From NCBI GenBank assembly GCA_003971905.1, contig RSEE01000089.1, positions 1-64,000 on the forward strand: 64,000 nt of DNA. Direction: 5' to 3'. The translations under genes were made by a program, and so were the position numbers. This DNA comes from Moniliella sp. 'wahieum' (Eukaryota). The notes under the pieces are model-generated. The model was not told the origin of the DNA. It did not search any database and worked only from the letters and a program-made list of their open reading frames with translations. Below, one piece after another: positions 1-11,680 of the stretch (its first letter is position 1; each line of letters starts with the position of its first letter).

Positions 1-33
1 CTTCTTCTTCTCTTCTTCTTCTTCTTCTTCTCC
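1..33. repeat. (CTT)n microsatellite, slightly imperfect
   Basis: cttcttcttctcttcttcttcttcttcttc at the window start. Confidence 0.85.
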
Positions 34-1144
34 TTTTTCCTCCTGTCCTGGGCCTAGTCCCGCATCCTGTCTTCGAACCATCATCTTCAGCCTCTGTTGT
101 CCATTAGACTTACCGGGAGACGTAGGCCAATAGCTGCTTCCCTCTGCCGCTTTTACTCCCGCAATTACCGTACTCTGCCACCCTTTTCCCCTGTCCACGA
201 GAGCCGGGACTACTCATAGCCAATAAGTGATTTTGAACTGTGGCATCACGGCAGCTTGACTCGCTTCTGGCATACGCATCCCCGGTCACGGACCAGCTGT
301 TACTATTAACTTCAGGATACAGCTATTGGATTCAATCATCTTCGATGGGTATCCGTCTTGATAGCATATAAAGACATTCATCAGCAAAAGCGAGGCGCCG
401 AAATCCATCTTATGCAACGTCGCCATCAACTGAAGTCGTAGGGTTAGACATGTGGCCTCCTTTATTTTTACCTAGATATGTCTGAGTTGGTAACAGATTG
501 TGGTGGACTTGCGAAGGATGAATCGATGAATCCTCTCTCCAACGTTACTCTTCCGTCACTTTTCTAGTATCCGTGCCGCCTCGTGCGCATTCGGTGTTGT
601 CGACTAAATGTATATGGACCATCAGAACGCGCCGCCGACAACTAACGTTCTACTGTACAAAAGGGGCTCGCTTCACCCTACCAGAAGACAACTATATGGC
701 ACACAGTTCGCCATGTGCCCCATCCACACATATGGATCTACTCTCTCCAAGTCGCTATTACCCCCGGCTGCCTCAACAATGCGTTTGCCGCAGGTCCTAT
801 TCTTATGCGCCTGAACGATCAGTGTTTAAGGGACTATATCGCACATCTTATAGTTCAAATCCCTCACTACCAACACTTTTGCGAACTCGATTGTAGATGA
901 CCATTGAAGGCGGGCACTCAAGCCGCCACTACCACCATCGCTGAAGCTTGTCATCGTTCGCAATCTCTACATATATGTGGTCCAAACATGTCACCTTCGA
1001 GCAGGTATTATATAATACGAAACATACATCACGCAGTTGGATACATGCAGAAAACACCATTACAGTGTCATTCTGTCACCCAAATTAACGAGGCGTCTCT
1101 CCACAATTGTTCACTTGGCTGCCAATATTGACTTGCAGGTCATA

Positions 1145-1919
1145 TCTCCCCAGAAGAGTTCGGTGTGAAGCAAGTTGCACCAGGTGTGAAGCAAGTAGTC
1201 GTGCCCCGGCCAAGTCCAAGTCGGCTGACCTAAATATGGCCGCCGAGCCTCCAGTGCCGTTGCAACGACCGCCCCCCCGTCCCCGTTTCCTTTTCCTTTT
1301 TCCTTTCTCGGTCGCGCCTGCGGGACCACCCCCGCTTTTGACATGTCTTTTCTACACTCCCTCTTGTACCCGTTTCCCTTTTGATCTTGCCTGTACCCCT
1401 GGTTGATGGAGATCCATTATTCCCACACCTTCCATAAGTTCTCGTCATCCCAGGCTCTCGTCCACCCTGTATCCTCGTCCTTCCCGCCTATCCTGTCCGA
1501 CTCTTGCCCGTTTTCCAGCCAATTGATTCAGTACAGGCAGCCTCCTCTTGTTAGCGTCCGACATCTCCGACCTCGTCCTCCAGCAATCCGTCAGTCTGGC
1601 AGTCGCGCGAGCCCTCCTCTGGCCGCGTCGATTTCCAGTCTCACTGATTGAGGCAGTGTTTGTCCGCCGCTACCTCCTCGGGCCCGTCCCTAAGTCCCGG
1701 TGGCTTCAGACACGTTACTACGGCCCAAGCCGGTGCAGACGCAGCTTTGCTGCACGAGCAGCCGCCTCACCAAAGGCCTCCTCCTCGTCCCTAGCTCCGC
1801 TCGGATACACCAACCACTGGCCCAAGCCCGAAACTAGTACCGTGAGTCGACCTACCGTCGCCTAAGGGATTGTAACAAAACCCCCAGGGCGACCCCCCTG
1901 GCGGCGCCGGCCCGTGACA
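1145..1919 (+). mobile_element. Dispersed LTR-like repeat, copy A
   Basis: Aligns by eye with 2400-2745 (+), 7330-8000 (-) and 59880-60112 (+). Shared blocks include caagtcc-a-gtcgg..cctaaata-ggcc, ttcagacac..cggcccaagccggtg and taccgtgagtcgacc..agggat. Ends in cccgTGACA (1919), an LTR-like terminus. Confidence 0.7.
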
Positions 1920-2149
1920 CACGCTGTATGATCCCCCTCAAAGGCTTTATACCGTCGATATCTATGATCTCCCAAAATCCCTGCTGTCTTCCCTTTATAT
2001 AGTTCGGCTGAAATCCTTTATTGGTCTGACATTAGTATTGGATATCCCTAGCCACCCTAATATCGTTGATTACCACCTTCTGAACCCTCTGTGACTTCTC
2101 GCCGTGGTCATGACTTTTAGAACTCATTGATGTTCCTCGTTATCATTGA

Positions 2150-2745
2150 CTTTGGGAAGAGGGATCCGTGGTGAGTTCCATTATAACGATGGGATTGTCC
2201 AGTACCAAGCCCCCTCGGCTTCTGGCATTACCGGTAAGCGCTCAACGCTCAACCATCAGGGCGAACCGAATCGGAACCACAAGAACCGCGGCGATAAACG
2301 GGATCAAATCTTCCGCGACGGAGGATGTGTCAATGTCAACCCATCTTACATGCCCCACGTCACTGCTCTGTGCCACGCTGCCGCGAGTCGCCCAATCCCG
2401 AAGTAATCATTGTTTCCTGTTACGGGTTGCATTGGATTTGAGATGCTCTGATCCAAGTTAAGGCTCCCGCCTGCTCTGTGCACATGCCCAGAAGAGCGCG
2501 CTCCGAAGTCGAACCAAAAGTTTGCTGATGTGGTTGCTTAAATCAGGTATACAATGAATGGTCTGACTAGTGGCCACGCATCCGCGCAACAATAGTCGCC
2601 CCCCGCTCAAGTCGAAGTCAGTTGACCAAAATGAGGCCACCAAGTTCCCGGTATCATTGCGACGATAGTCACGCCGGCACTGCTTACTTTGTCCTTCTCC
2701 TTTGTGCCTGCGGCAACCACGCCTCTTTTGACATTTTATGTCCTT
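2150..2745 (+). mobile_element. Dispersed LTR-like repeat, copy B (3'-truncated)
   Basis: cctgtta-ggg..atccaag-taaggc..gcacatgcccag..agcgcgctccg and catccgcgc-acaatag match the reverse complement of 7860-8040. gcctgcggcaaccac matches copies A and C. Confidence 0.65.
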
Positions 2746-5700
2746 TCTCCACCCCTACTATCGTGTCCTTCTTCCCCTTTAAATGTAGCGGCTGTACCCT
2801 TTTGGTTGTGGTGGGGAGCCTTTCCGCACCTTCCATTGTCGACCCTTCCCGTCTTTCCTGCCCAGTTAACTCCTGCCCCTTTACACAGCCCATTGATTCT
2901 TTACAGGCAATCTCGTCTTCACTGATAGTAGTGTCTCGTCGTCTTGCAACAGCTTGTCTCCATTTAGTTACCTCCTCATCTTCCAACTTTGTGTCCCAGT
3001 TTTTCATCCGCCCATTGCGCGAGCTTTGCTTCAGTCGCATCGAGTTTGCGTACTAGCTTATCGCATAGGTTCCTTTTCCAGCCACGTCCTCCGCCGCCGC
3101 CGTTGAGCACCAGCTCTGGCAGTGTTTGTCCTCCACCGCCTCTACCCGTTCCCAACGCCCGGAGGCTCCAGGCATGTTACCACGCCTTCATCCGTGGCTC
3201 ACAAAAGCGTTGCCACAAGTGCAGCCACGTCTATCCCTTCTGTTCAGGGTACAAGCCTCAGCCACAACTCAGTCAATATTTGTGAGGGGCAGCATCATGC
3301 AGTTCGTCCGGATGGTCCACCATGCAATATCCTTCTGTAGCTTCTTCAAAGAGGGGGACCTGTTCGAGATGCCGATAATATCATTCAGGCTGCATGGAAT
3401 GGAGGATTATTATATACCACGTAAGACGGTCCGTAGTGGTACTGAGGTCATGGCGCCTCCTGACTCGGGACCACCGAGTATTTCAACCACATGATGTCGA
3501 CCAGTTACGGTATCACGATGGCATATCCTGGCTGACTTCCTCATTGGCATGCCTCTGGACAATGTGCCTTTCCCATATCAAGCAGCTCTGGTGTCACGAA
3601 TGTGAGACTTCTTGAAAGTTGGTTCACCAGTGCTCCCGAGTTGCACACTAACACATGGTTAGTGGCAATGCCAAAACAGCCATATCATGATTGGCAAGAC
3701 TGACAACACACACCGATGCAGCTATTGCAACGGTAAAACAGGCCATGGCACTAAGCCATGGTGACCCTAAGGTTGATTAATGTTTCCCGACGGTGTAATA
3801 GACTGCAACGGTGGGCATAAGGCGATAGGGCGGGAAAAAAGAACGAGTGTGGAGGATGGTTGATCGGCTACCCTCTAGTTTCCCATGTCACAGTAACACA
3901 TTATTCGATGGTTACATGCGCAATTACGATTGTCAAAGCTCTAACAAGGAGATAATATCCACAAGCCCTAACCGCGTTGTCATATCTGGCAGCGTTCGCT
4001 GCTTTGACCACGGGGGGTGGGGTGGGTGGACTAATTGCTGTACTACACATCAAAACTGGCAAGGCGATCACTGTTGCGATGACAGGCCGGAGGCATTAAA
4101 TTAACGATCCTTGTTATGGCGTACTGATATTACAATTGGGCACAGGCGAGTTACGAATGTGATGTTACCTATCCATATAGATGCCATATAGAAACCATAG
4201 TGACCATCAACTGGTCCCGCAACGGTGGATCAAGGACTAATTGACCATGCAAGGTGCGTATGGCCATATTCCTTGATTGTACTCCCCGTGCAATTGGTGC
4301 ATGCTTTGAGTTGCGCTTTCACAACAAAGAAATCCACTGCAAACGGGCATTCTGATCACAAGCATACGAAAAGAGTATGAGAGTTCAGTTTTGTCGAGTT
4401 CAACTGCATTGTTTTCAAACCCTCTTATGCTGGTCAGCAACCACAGAGAGCAAGTTGCTGGTAGCGATGATGAAATGTAATAGCTGTCGCTTAGCCAATG
4501 CAGTGCCATTCAGTACTACACCGACCAGAGGTCTGACCCAAAGGGGCCGGTGTTGGTATTCTCCTGTCTTGTTACTAGAGTTACTACTAGCCTTCGCGTC
4601 GAACTTCGATCAACAAAATGTTGATGGTCCTTGTAGTTGTCCTGCAATTCTCAAAAGGGCGGCCTATCTCTAGCACTCAAGGTTTCCCTTTTCATTTGCT
4701 TGACCTGGTCTGTGTTTTAGAATGTGCAACTTGACCATATCTGTGCATGTACACGCTAATGATATGGCGCGGCCCCGAGGCTACTTTTTCGGCTCCATTC
4801 CTTTTGTATGCGACATAAATATTAATCATTTGAGCGGTGGACGACTGGGCATGCGGAAACCTGAGTATTCGTTATTGGATAAGCTTAATCCATTTAGCGC
4901 CATTGTCCCCCCCCTAACACGTTCCGGATTCGGCAGTCCATCTTTGGACCATTCTGACATTTATGTGACCAATGTACGGTGGGCGAGCAATGCCCATAAT
5001 AAGATGTCAACCGCGTTCCCGAGGTTGCACGAACTTGGTCCTTACGCTACATATGGGCATACACATTCCCTAGTCGACTGCCGGGAATGTGTATACATTT
5101 CTGGTATTTGGGCAGAGAGGGAGGGCGACAAGGGACGTACGAAACAGGCATTATTCCCTTTCATCTTGACAACGCGATTATACCACCAAGCACAAACAAT
5201 ATATTTACAGAGATTGAACTGACGAGTTTTATGGCATAATGGTTCAATACTCGTGTCTATCATACATGATCGTATCCATGTGTGCTACCTTCGGTTTGGA
5301 AGTGAAGACGCTCGTGGCTTGCAAAGAGGAGCATCCGCTTCAGAGACAAGGCGGAAGGCGACTCGATGCATATCTCACAGGGTGGCACCAAGGGTTTGGC
5401 CCGATTGGCTGCATCCAGAGGATAAATGGTGGAAAGGCTTGAGGCGCTCTTCTTCTGAGAGAATGATCATGGATATAACGATCGATGGGATTCAGGAGTA
5501 CAATGTTGACCTGTTGCAATCCCTGGGGTAAAAGGGCAACATCCATTTGAATTGAGTGCATTCATGTGACTCCAAGGAATGATAAGTCACCGAGTTGGGA
5601 GAGAGGAGCTGTTTATGGCTGGATTGTGCTGTGATGGAGACTGAGCCAAACTCACAGCCCATCCTATCCTGTACTTCGTTCCGGGCAGAGTGGTCACTAC

Positions 5701-6040
5701 GTCATGCTGTGCCCTAGCCAGCAAACATCCAAGCAGTAAAGATACAAAGGCTTCTAGCCCATCTCATCATCCCCTTCGATGGAAGAAGCAAGCATTGGCT
5801 GGTGTCCAATGAAGGGAAGGACGTATTTCCGGGGAGTCTGTCCGATTCCGACTACGTTTAGTCGTTTTGTGACAGTACTGCCTTCTGTTATACTTTGTGT
5901 CCTCTTCGCTAGGAAATGAGTAGCGGTACTAACACAGCGGATCACGAAAAGACATCATTTATGTTTAATAACATATAAAAAATACCTTCAAAAATATCGG
6001 AGGAGTAATTTGCCGTGGGTGAGGCAATTCTGTCAGCACG

Positions 6041-6172
6041 CTGCAGGCCAGTGACATCGTCGATGTCACCACCCTGAACGTCAGATATGTCCTCGATGTC
6101 ATCCCCCTGCAGGTCAGTCATGTCGCCGACGGCACCCCCTTGAACGTCAGAAACGTCATTGACGTGCCCATG
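6041..6172. repeat. 33-bp minisatellite x4 (alternating A/B units)
   Basis: Units start at 6041 CTGCAGGCCAGT, 6074 CTGAACGTCAGA, 6107 CTGCAGGTCAGT and 6140 TTGAACGTCAGA. Confidence 0.8.
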
Positions 6173-6549
6173 GGCGATGTATCTGACGAATTTGATCCTC
6201 CTATGCTCGCTCTCCCTGGGTTACCATTGATATTACATATTATACTACTACTCATCCTAGCACCATCGAATGCAGTGCATGCAATCGTCTTCGAGGGTAC
6301 TTTTTTGCATTCTTTTGCGCCGTCGCTGACATCAACGACCTCTTTTCGACGTCGCTGACATCATTTTCCTCAAATCATGCAAACACGTCGCCGATGTCAG
6401 CTCCTGGACATCGCTTATATTTTTTACCTCTTTTTGAAATCCGCTGTGAAAAGATGCAGTGTGGAGGCACGTCCTCCTCAATAAATGCTGGATGAAGCGT
6501 CTGTCCTTGTCAGAATCACATCATGCATCATGCTAGGGGGCTCTTGCCC

Positions 6550-7246
6550 ACTAGGCCCGTATGGACACTACGGCGTGATTCCTATCAGTTGGGAGATCCT
6601 GTGTCCACCTCTCCGACGACTGTGCCCCCTTCCTGAGGAGGTCATATACCTCCTCTGCGTCCATAGATGTATGCAATCCATCTGCTTCCCTTCCCCCATC
6701 TCCGTCTCCTGACAGTCCTCAAGCCGAGTCCGGTTCTCGTCGTCATCGGTATTATGAGGCGGGAATGAAGAGGCAAGAAGCTCTGTTTTGCCGGCGGAAG
6801 TTTCAAGTGTGAGTACTTGTCATCAAGTTGGAGGAGGTGTGTTGCCCTCTGCCGGTGATGTTGGGGATGAGAGTTTATTGCTGGGTAATTATTTAGGCAC
6901 GAAGTACGACCTCTTTCTCCCGCGAACGAAGTCCTGGGTGAGCGGGAAGCACTAGTATATTGTGAAAGAGAAGGGGTCTGGACCGACACAAAAGGGTCCT
7001 GTGGCTTACTGGGACAATATCACACACTCTTTCCTATTTTGTCCAACTTCAATGGAATGCCGTGTTAGGGGGCCCTTGGAGAGTGGTGGCTAAGCCCCTT
7101 TGGGCACTGCGGTCTAATTCCTATCAGTCGTGTCCCCCTCTCAGCCCTGTTCCTTCTGAGGTGCATATACCTTCAGACTGTCCCCATCAGAAGTATCCAG
7201 TATAGCTGTTTGCCTTTCCTCCATCTCACTGTGACAGACTGCCTCC
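6550..7246. repeat. Diverged ~160-bp direct repeat pair (~6550-6720 and ~7090-7246), probable transposon relic
   Basis: Shared attcctatcagt, ctgagg..catatacct and ccatctc..tgacag in the same order. Confidence 0.6.
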
Positions 7247-7329
7247 CACCCGTAGGAGCGACTATACTTGCGGTGAATGTGGATCGAATAAGCCTTGTAT
7301 CTGAAGCCACGTCAGATTGGGGCGCCAGA

Positions 7330-8230
7330 TGTTTGTGTCAGAATCGCTGCGTCGCAAAGACTATATACTACGAGCAGGGGACTCGTCCGGGTTTTTATGG
7401 GTTGCAATCCCTGAGGAGGCGGTTGGTCCACTCACGGTAGTTTCGGGCTTGGGCTAAGTTGGTATATGCGAGTGGAACTAGGGACGAGGAGAGGCCTTTT
7501 TGGGCGCAAAAAAAAGCCGAGGCGGCTGTACGTGTGGCTAGGCTGAGTATACACCGGCTTGGGCCGTAGTAATGTGTGTCTGAAACATCCGGGCTTAGGG
7601 ACGGGAGGAGGCAGTGGATGAGGCCAAACACTGTGCCATAGCTGAGACTGGACAGGGACGGCTGTCGACGTGGCTAGAAAGGAACCCACGCGATAAGCTG
7701 TGGTACGGGAAATTATTGACGTGGTTAAAGATGGGTTGGTTGCCGCAGGCGCAACAGAGAAGGGAAAGGGAAAAGCGGGGACGGAGGCGACAGTCGTCGC
7801 AAAGATACTGACAACTCGGTGGCCTTATTTAGGCCATCCGACATGGACTTGGGCGGGGGCCGTCTATTGTCGCGCGGATGCATGGCCTCTCGCGAGCCAC
7901 CGTACCCAATTTATCCATAACCATCATCACACTTGGTTGGACTGCGGAGCGCGCTCCACTGGGCATGTGCAGAGCAGCGGGCCTTAGCTTGGATTCCGAC
8001 TATCTCGGATCTAACGCGGCCCTTAACAGGAGTAAAAAGTATTTTGTCAAAGGCCCTTTTGACGGTGGGATGCATTAGGGTCTCGATCTCTAAAAGTGGC
8101 AATGTTTGCTTTCTTGAACTATAGCTGTTCGGCGTGCGCAAAAATCTCGGTCTTGGTACCAGGAGTGCGGGGTTCGCCGTCATTATAATAGATCTCGTGG
8201 GAGTAGCCTCTGACATCTACTCTTGCATGG
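7330..8230 (-). mobile_element. Dispersed LTR-like repeat, copy C (inverted), followed by a PBS-like TGGCGCCCCAA
   Basis: The reverse complement matches copies A, B and D. On the minus strand it ends tgacacaaaca-tc-TGGCGCCCCAA (7317-7327). Confidence 0.65.
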
Positions 8231-8769
8231 AGGCGGTGAAGTGGTCGACTGCTTCCAGAATCTTGTCGATGTCTCGCCTGTGAGAGACCATGCTCGTCGC
8301 AAACACGTTTGACACGGTAAAGCCACATCTCGATGACTGTGTGTACTGTTGCGCTTCGTTCCCAAAAAAGTAGGGATATCGTCGACATAAGTGGGACATC
8401 GTAGGTTCGAGCGTTTCATGATGCCAGGAGCCTCTGAACTAGCCTCGGAAAAGGGAATTGGAGGAAGTACCCCTCGACTGATAACCCGCCGTTTCAGCTT
8501 TTACAGTCTCTGGAGGCCAAAAAGGGGTCGATTCAATCAGGCCTCCCGTCCATCGGCCATCGATCGATTGGCTAGATTGTTTATATGCTTCAAGATCAAA
8601 CATGATATACAATCGCATGTCCCATCCCCAAAGGAAACAATGATGGAGAAACAAGCTCATCGAGTCGTGAAGCGTACACACTGCGTGTAGTAGTGTTCTA
8701 AATGTTCGTATCTACAATAGCACTGGGGAAGGAGGGGGGAAGAAAGGTGCGAGGGAATACCAGCTTAGC

Positions 8770-10633
8770 CTAGTTCCCTTCCTCCCCCTCCTCGGTCCGT
8801 TTAGGTTTCTTACTGCTCTTGGGCTTGAGGAGGGGCAGCCAATCTTGATGCCCACGTGAAAATGAGGATGGGCAAAGCAGTGATGGGACCCGTAGAGTGT
8901 CAAGGCAGTCAAGCCCGGGGTGAGAGCAGCGGCGGTGGCTTTTGCTGCCGATGCTTCGGCGGTCAACGTGGTGGCCAAAGTCGAGGTGGGGTGCAGGGAA
9001 GTTTCTTCCTCGGCTCTGGCTTGGATAGCGTGGGCCGTCACCGCTGCTTGATTGCCTGGTTTGCTGACGAGAGGGGAGAGCAAGTTCTTGCTCACGGCCA
9101 ACTGGATCTCGCTGGAGCAAGCGGTCGTGTGTTGCTGATTCGTTGGAAACCATATAACTATCGTTTCAATCAGCGTCAGAAATGCACACAGATGGGAGAG
9201 AAGGACGTTTGACGAGAGGGACGTACGTTCAACTGACGGTAAACGAAGCATTGTTGTTGTGACGATAGGGGTGGGAAGGACGTGAGCGGCAAACTCAGTA
9301 CTGATCGCGGGATCCGCCACAATTATGATCTGGTCTCCATTATGAGACCAATGGATGTACTTTTGATACAAAGCGGGCGTATCCATCAAGTACCAGAGCT
9401 TGGTCACAAACGCTGGACAGCTTGCATTTCCACCCATTGAAGACCGAATCGCATTGACTGCCTTGGCTGCACTTGCCCAATCCCCATGAGGGGGCACATT
9501 CGCTGGAGGTGGTGGAGGCACGCTCACCTCCCGACCAGGAGGAGGGGAGCATGTACTAGATGAAGGCGGTACATACTCTTCACTGCCAGAGATGGAGTCA
9601 CTGTCGTCCTCCGTCCTGGCGGAAAGTAGGCTGGAATCGTGGTAGGGAACGAGGAGGAAGCCAAAGTTGAGGATCGCGACAGGCAGGATAGGAGGGGGTG
9701 GGACCGTAACCGTATCCCCAACTGGGATTCGATGGGGCACTCGGCCGATGTACCAAAGCACCCGTGTCCTGGTTGGAAAGCATCCCAAGGCACTCGGGCC
9801 CCTCCTCGTCTGCCTCGTCGCTGTCTAGCGAGGTGCGCTGTCTTCCACTGGAGTTGGCAAGGATCGTTGCCGCCGACACGGCATCGGCGTCGGCGGCAAC
9901 GGGAGACGGGAAGCCCCTGCTGCTTGCATGAGAATACCGTCGAGGGGAATACGGCGCAGCAGGGTACTTGTAGTTGGAATAGCTGGGGCGCCTTCCGTGC
10001 TTCGCCACCGATAGCTTCCTTCTTTGCCCCGCAAGGGATCGTAGGATGAGGAGGATCCTGGACCACGTAGGCTGTGAGACTGGGACATGCGCTTGGGACG
10101 GATGTGGCTAGTGTGCCGAGGGATCCGGGACTGAAGCTGAGGCTGTGCTGCCTTCGCTCCGTCCGGAACGGTCGGGAGAACGGAGTGTGCCCAGGCGGTG
10201 TGAGAAATGCGACGATCGGTGATGGGCTGAGCGAGGGGAGCGAGGCCAATTCAAATCCTCCTCCACGGCCATCAGTGTTGGCTCATCATCGTCCGGTTCG
10301 ATTTGCATGCCTTCCAAGCCATATTCCAGTGCATCCACCTCGTTCTCTGCCTCCTTGGGGCAGCGCATGGCCGACGTCTTGAATCGATGTCCTCCACAGA
10401 AGGGGGATGGGTATTCGGGCATGCTGGTCCAGTAGGGGGCTGGAGAGGATGCCAAGGTGGCGGTGGGGGGGGGGTAGGCGGGTACGGAGAGGCCGGTGCG
10501 CGGGCTGACAACAAGGATGCGCGACGGGGGGGGGAGAGTGGGGGCCGGGCGGGTGCTGGGGAGGTGGCGGTGGCGGTGGGGAGCGGGATGGGGCGGCTGG
10601 GCGGAGGGCTGTGGCCGGCGACGGGGGAAGCAT
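8770..10633 (-). CDS. HSF-type DNA-binding-domain transcription factor (DBD at the C-terminus)
   Basis: FVTKLWYLMD..YIHWSHNGDQIII..EFAAHVLP, then across frameshifts YRHNNNASF-RQLN / intron 9158-9226 (GTACGT..CTGAC..TAG) / LYGFQRI, and FAHPHF-RGHQDWLPLLKPK. Pro/Ser-rich N-terminus. The start is inferred at ATG 10633, with TATAA ~90 bp upstream. Confidence 0.85.
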
Positions 10634-10890
10634 GGCAGGAGGGCTGGTGGTGGTGGCGGTGGTGGCGAAGTAGACGACTTTTCTTCCTGCGCCTGGACAG
10701 GGGCTAGGTAGGGAGCGCCTTATAACTGGCAGGCCATTAAGGGAGAGTTTGGAGCGCCCCGACAGTGGCCGAGTGCGGGCCGGGGAGCCAAGGCATTGGC
10801 CAGTGACAGTGACACCGTAACGCCTTCGGAGCGGGTGGATGGATGCCTTAACCCCGCGCATTAATCAATCCACTAGTCCATCATTCCATT

Positions 10891-11415
10891 TCAGCGCGGC
10901 TGTAGCATTGGCCCCGTCACGTAACCCGGTTGCACGACAGTAGGACCGAGGGAAGTAAGGCTTCTCTGTCCTCTGGAGGGAGCAGTTGTGTGGTGTGTGA
11001 TGATGAAACAACTTACGATCGACTTGAGCGTGGATGGTGACGATTCTAGCAGGCAGAAGAAACGTTCGGACCATCCATTCTCCTCGCCGCCATCCGAGTC
11101 GTACTGGTCATCCTCTTCTTCTCCTGAGCCAAATTCTTGCTCGGACTCGTCATCATGCAAGTCGTCCAGCAACTGCGCCAGCAGTTGCGTCGTAAATTGT
11201 ATGTGCATCTCAATGAGCCACGAGAAGCCGCTAGCGACCGTGTGTCTGCCTCCAAAGGCGAGGGAGACGACAAGTTTACTCCACGGGATCCATGCAGACT
11301 CCGCCGATGATACAGCGCCTGGTCTCTTACGAGGAAAATGTGCGTTTGGAACACGAAAGGAAACGTTAAAAGAACGATCCGCCCTGTCCATTGCGGCCCT
11401 GACTTTACGGTCCAT
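10891..11415 (-). CDS. Hypothetical small protein with acidic tract
   Basis: accATGg at 11415. ORF contains LLAQLLDDLHDDESEQEFGSGEEEDDQYDSDGGEE. Divergent from PRP28. Exon structure unresolved. Confidence 0.35.
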   Translation of the reverse strand: MDRKVRAAMDRADRSFNVSFRVPNAHFPRKRPGAVSSAESAWIPWSKLVVSLAFGGRHTVASGFSWLIEMHIQFTTQLLAQLLDDLHDDESEQEFGSGEEEDDQYDSDGGEENGWSERFFCLLESSPSTLKSIVSCFIITHHTTAPSRGQRSLTSLGPTVVQPGYVTGPMLQPR

Positions 11416-11680
11416 GGTGCGTCTGGGCAAGGGTGGAGCTCCTGGTAGGCATTGGCAAAGGGGGTGCGGAACTGGCCTAGGGGTATACGAGGCGGAGGGG
11501 TGGGCGCTGCGCGCTGCCGACGGGCGCGAGAGCAGCACATGCCTGCACGAAGCAGGCCGTGCCACCCACCAACCGGACAACAATCACATTGCAGCCAGCC
11601 ATGACGTAGCGCCCACCCTATGTCCTGCTTTCTTCGCCCGCCAGTCGACGGGATTATAACGATGGTTAAAGCCACCATCT

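Noticed and set aside
573..900. Possible distant paralogue relic of the 40.7-42.1 kb hypothetical gene
   Set aside because: Only a few scattered residue matches by eye; not supportable
4466..4540. Box C/D snoRNA candidate (ATGATGA...CTGA)
   Set aside because: No convincing terminal stem and no recognisable rRNA complementarity
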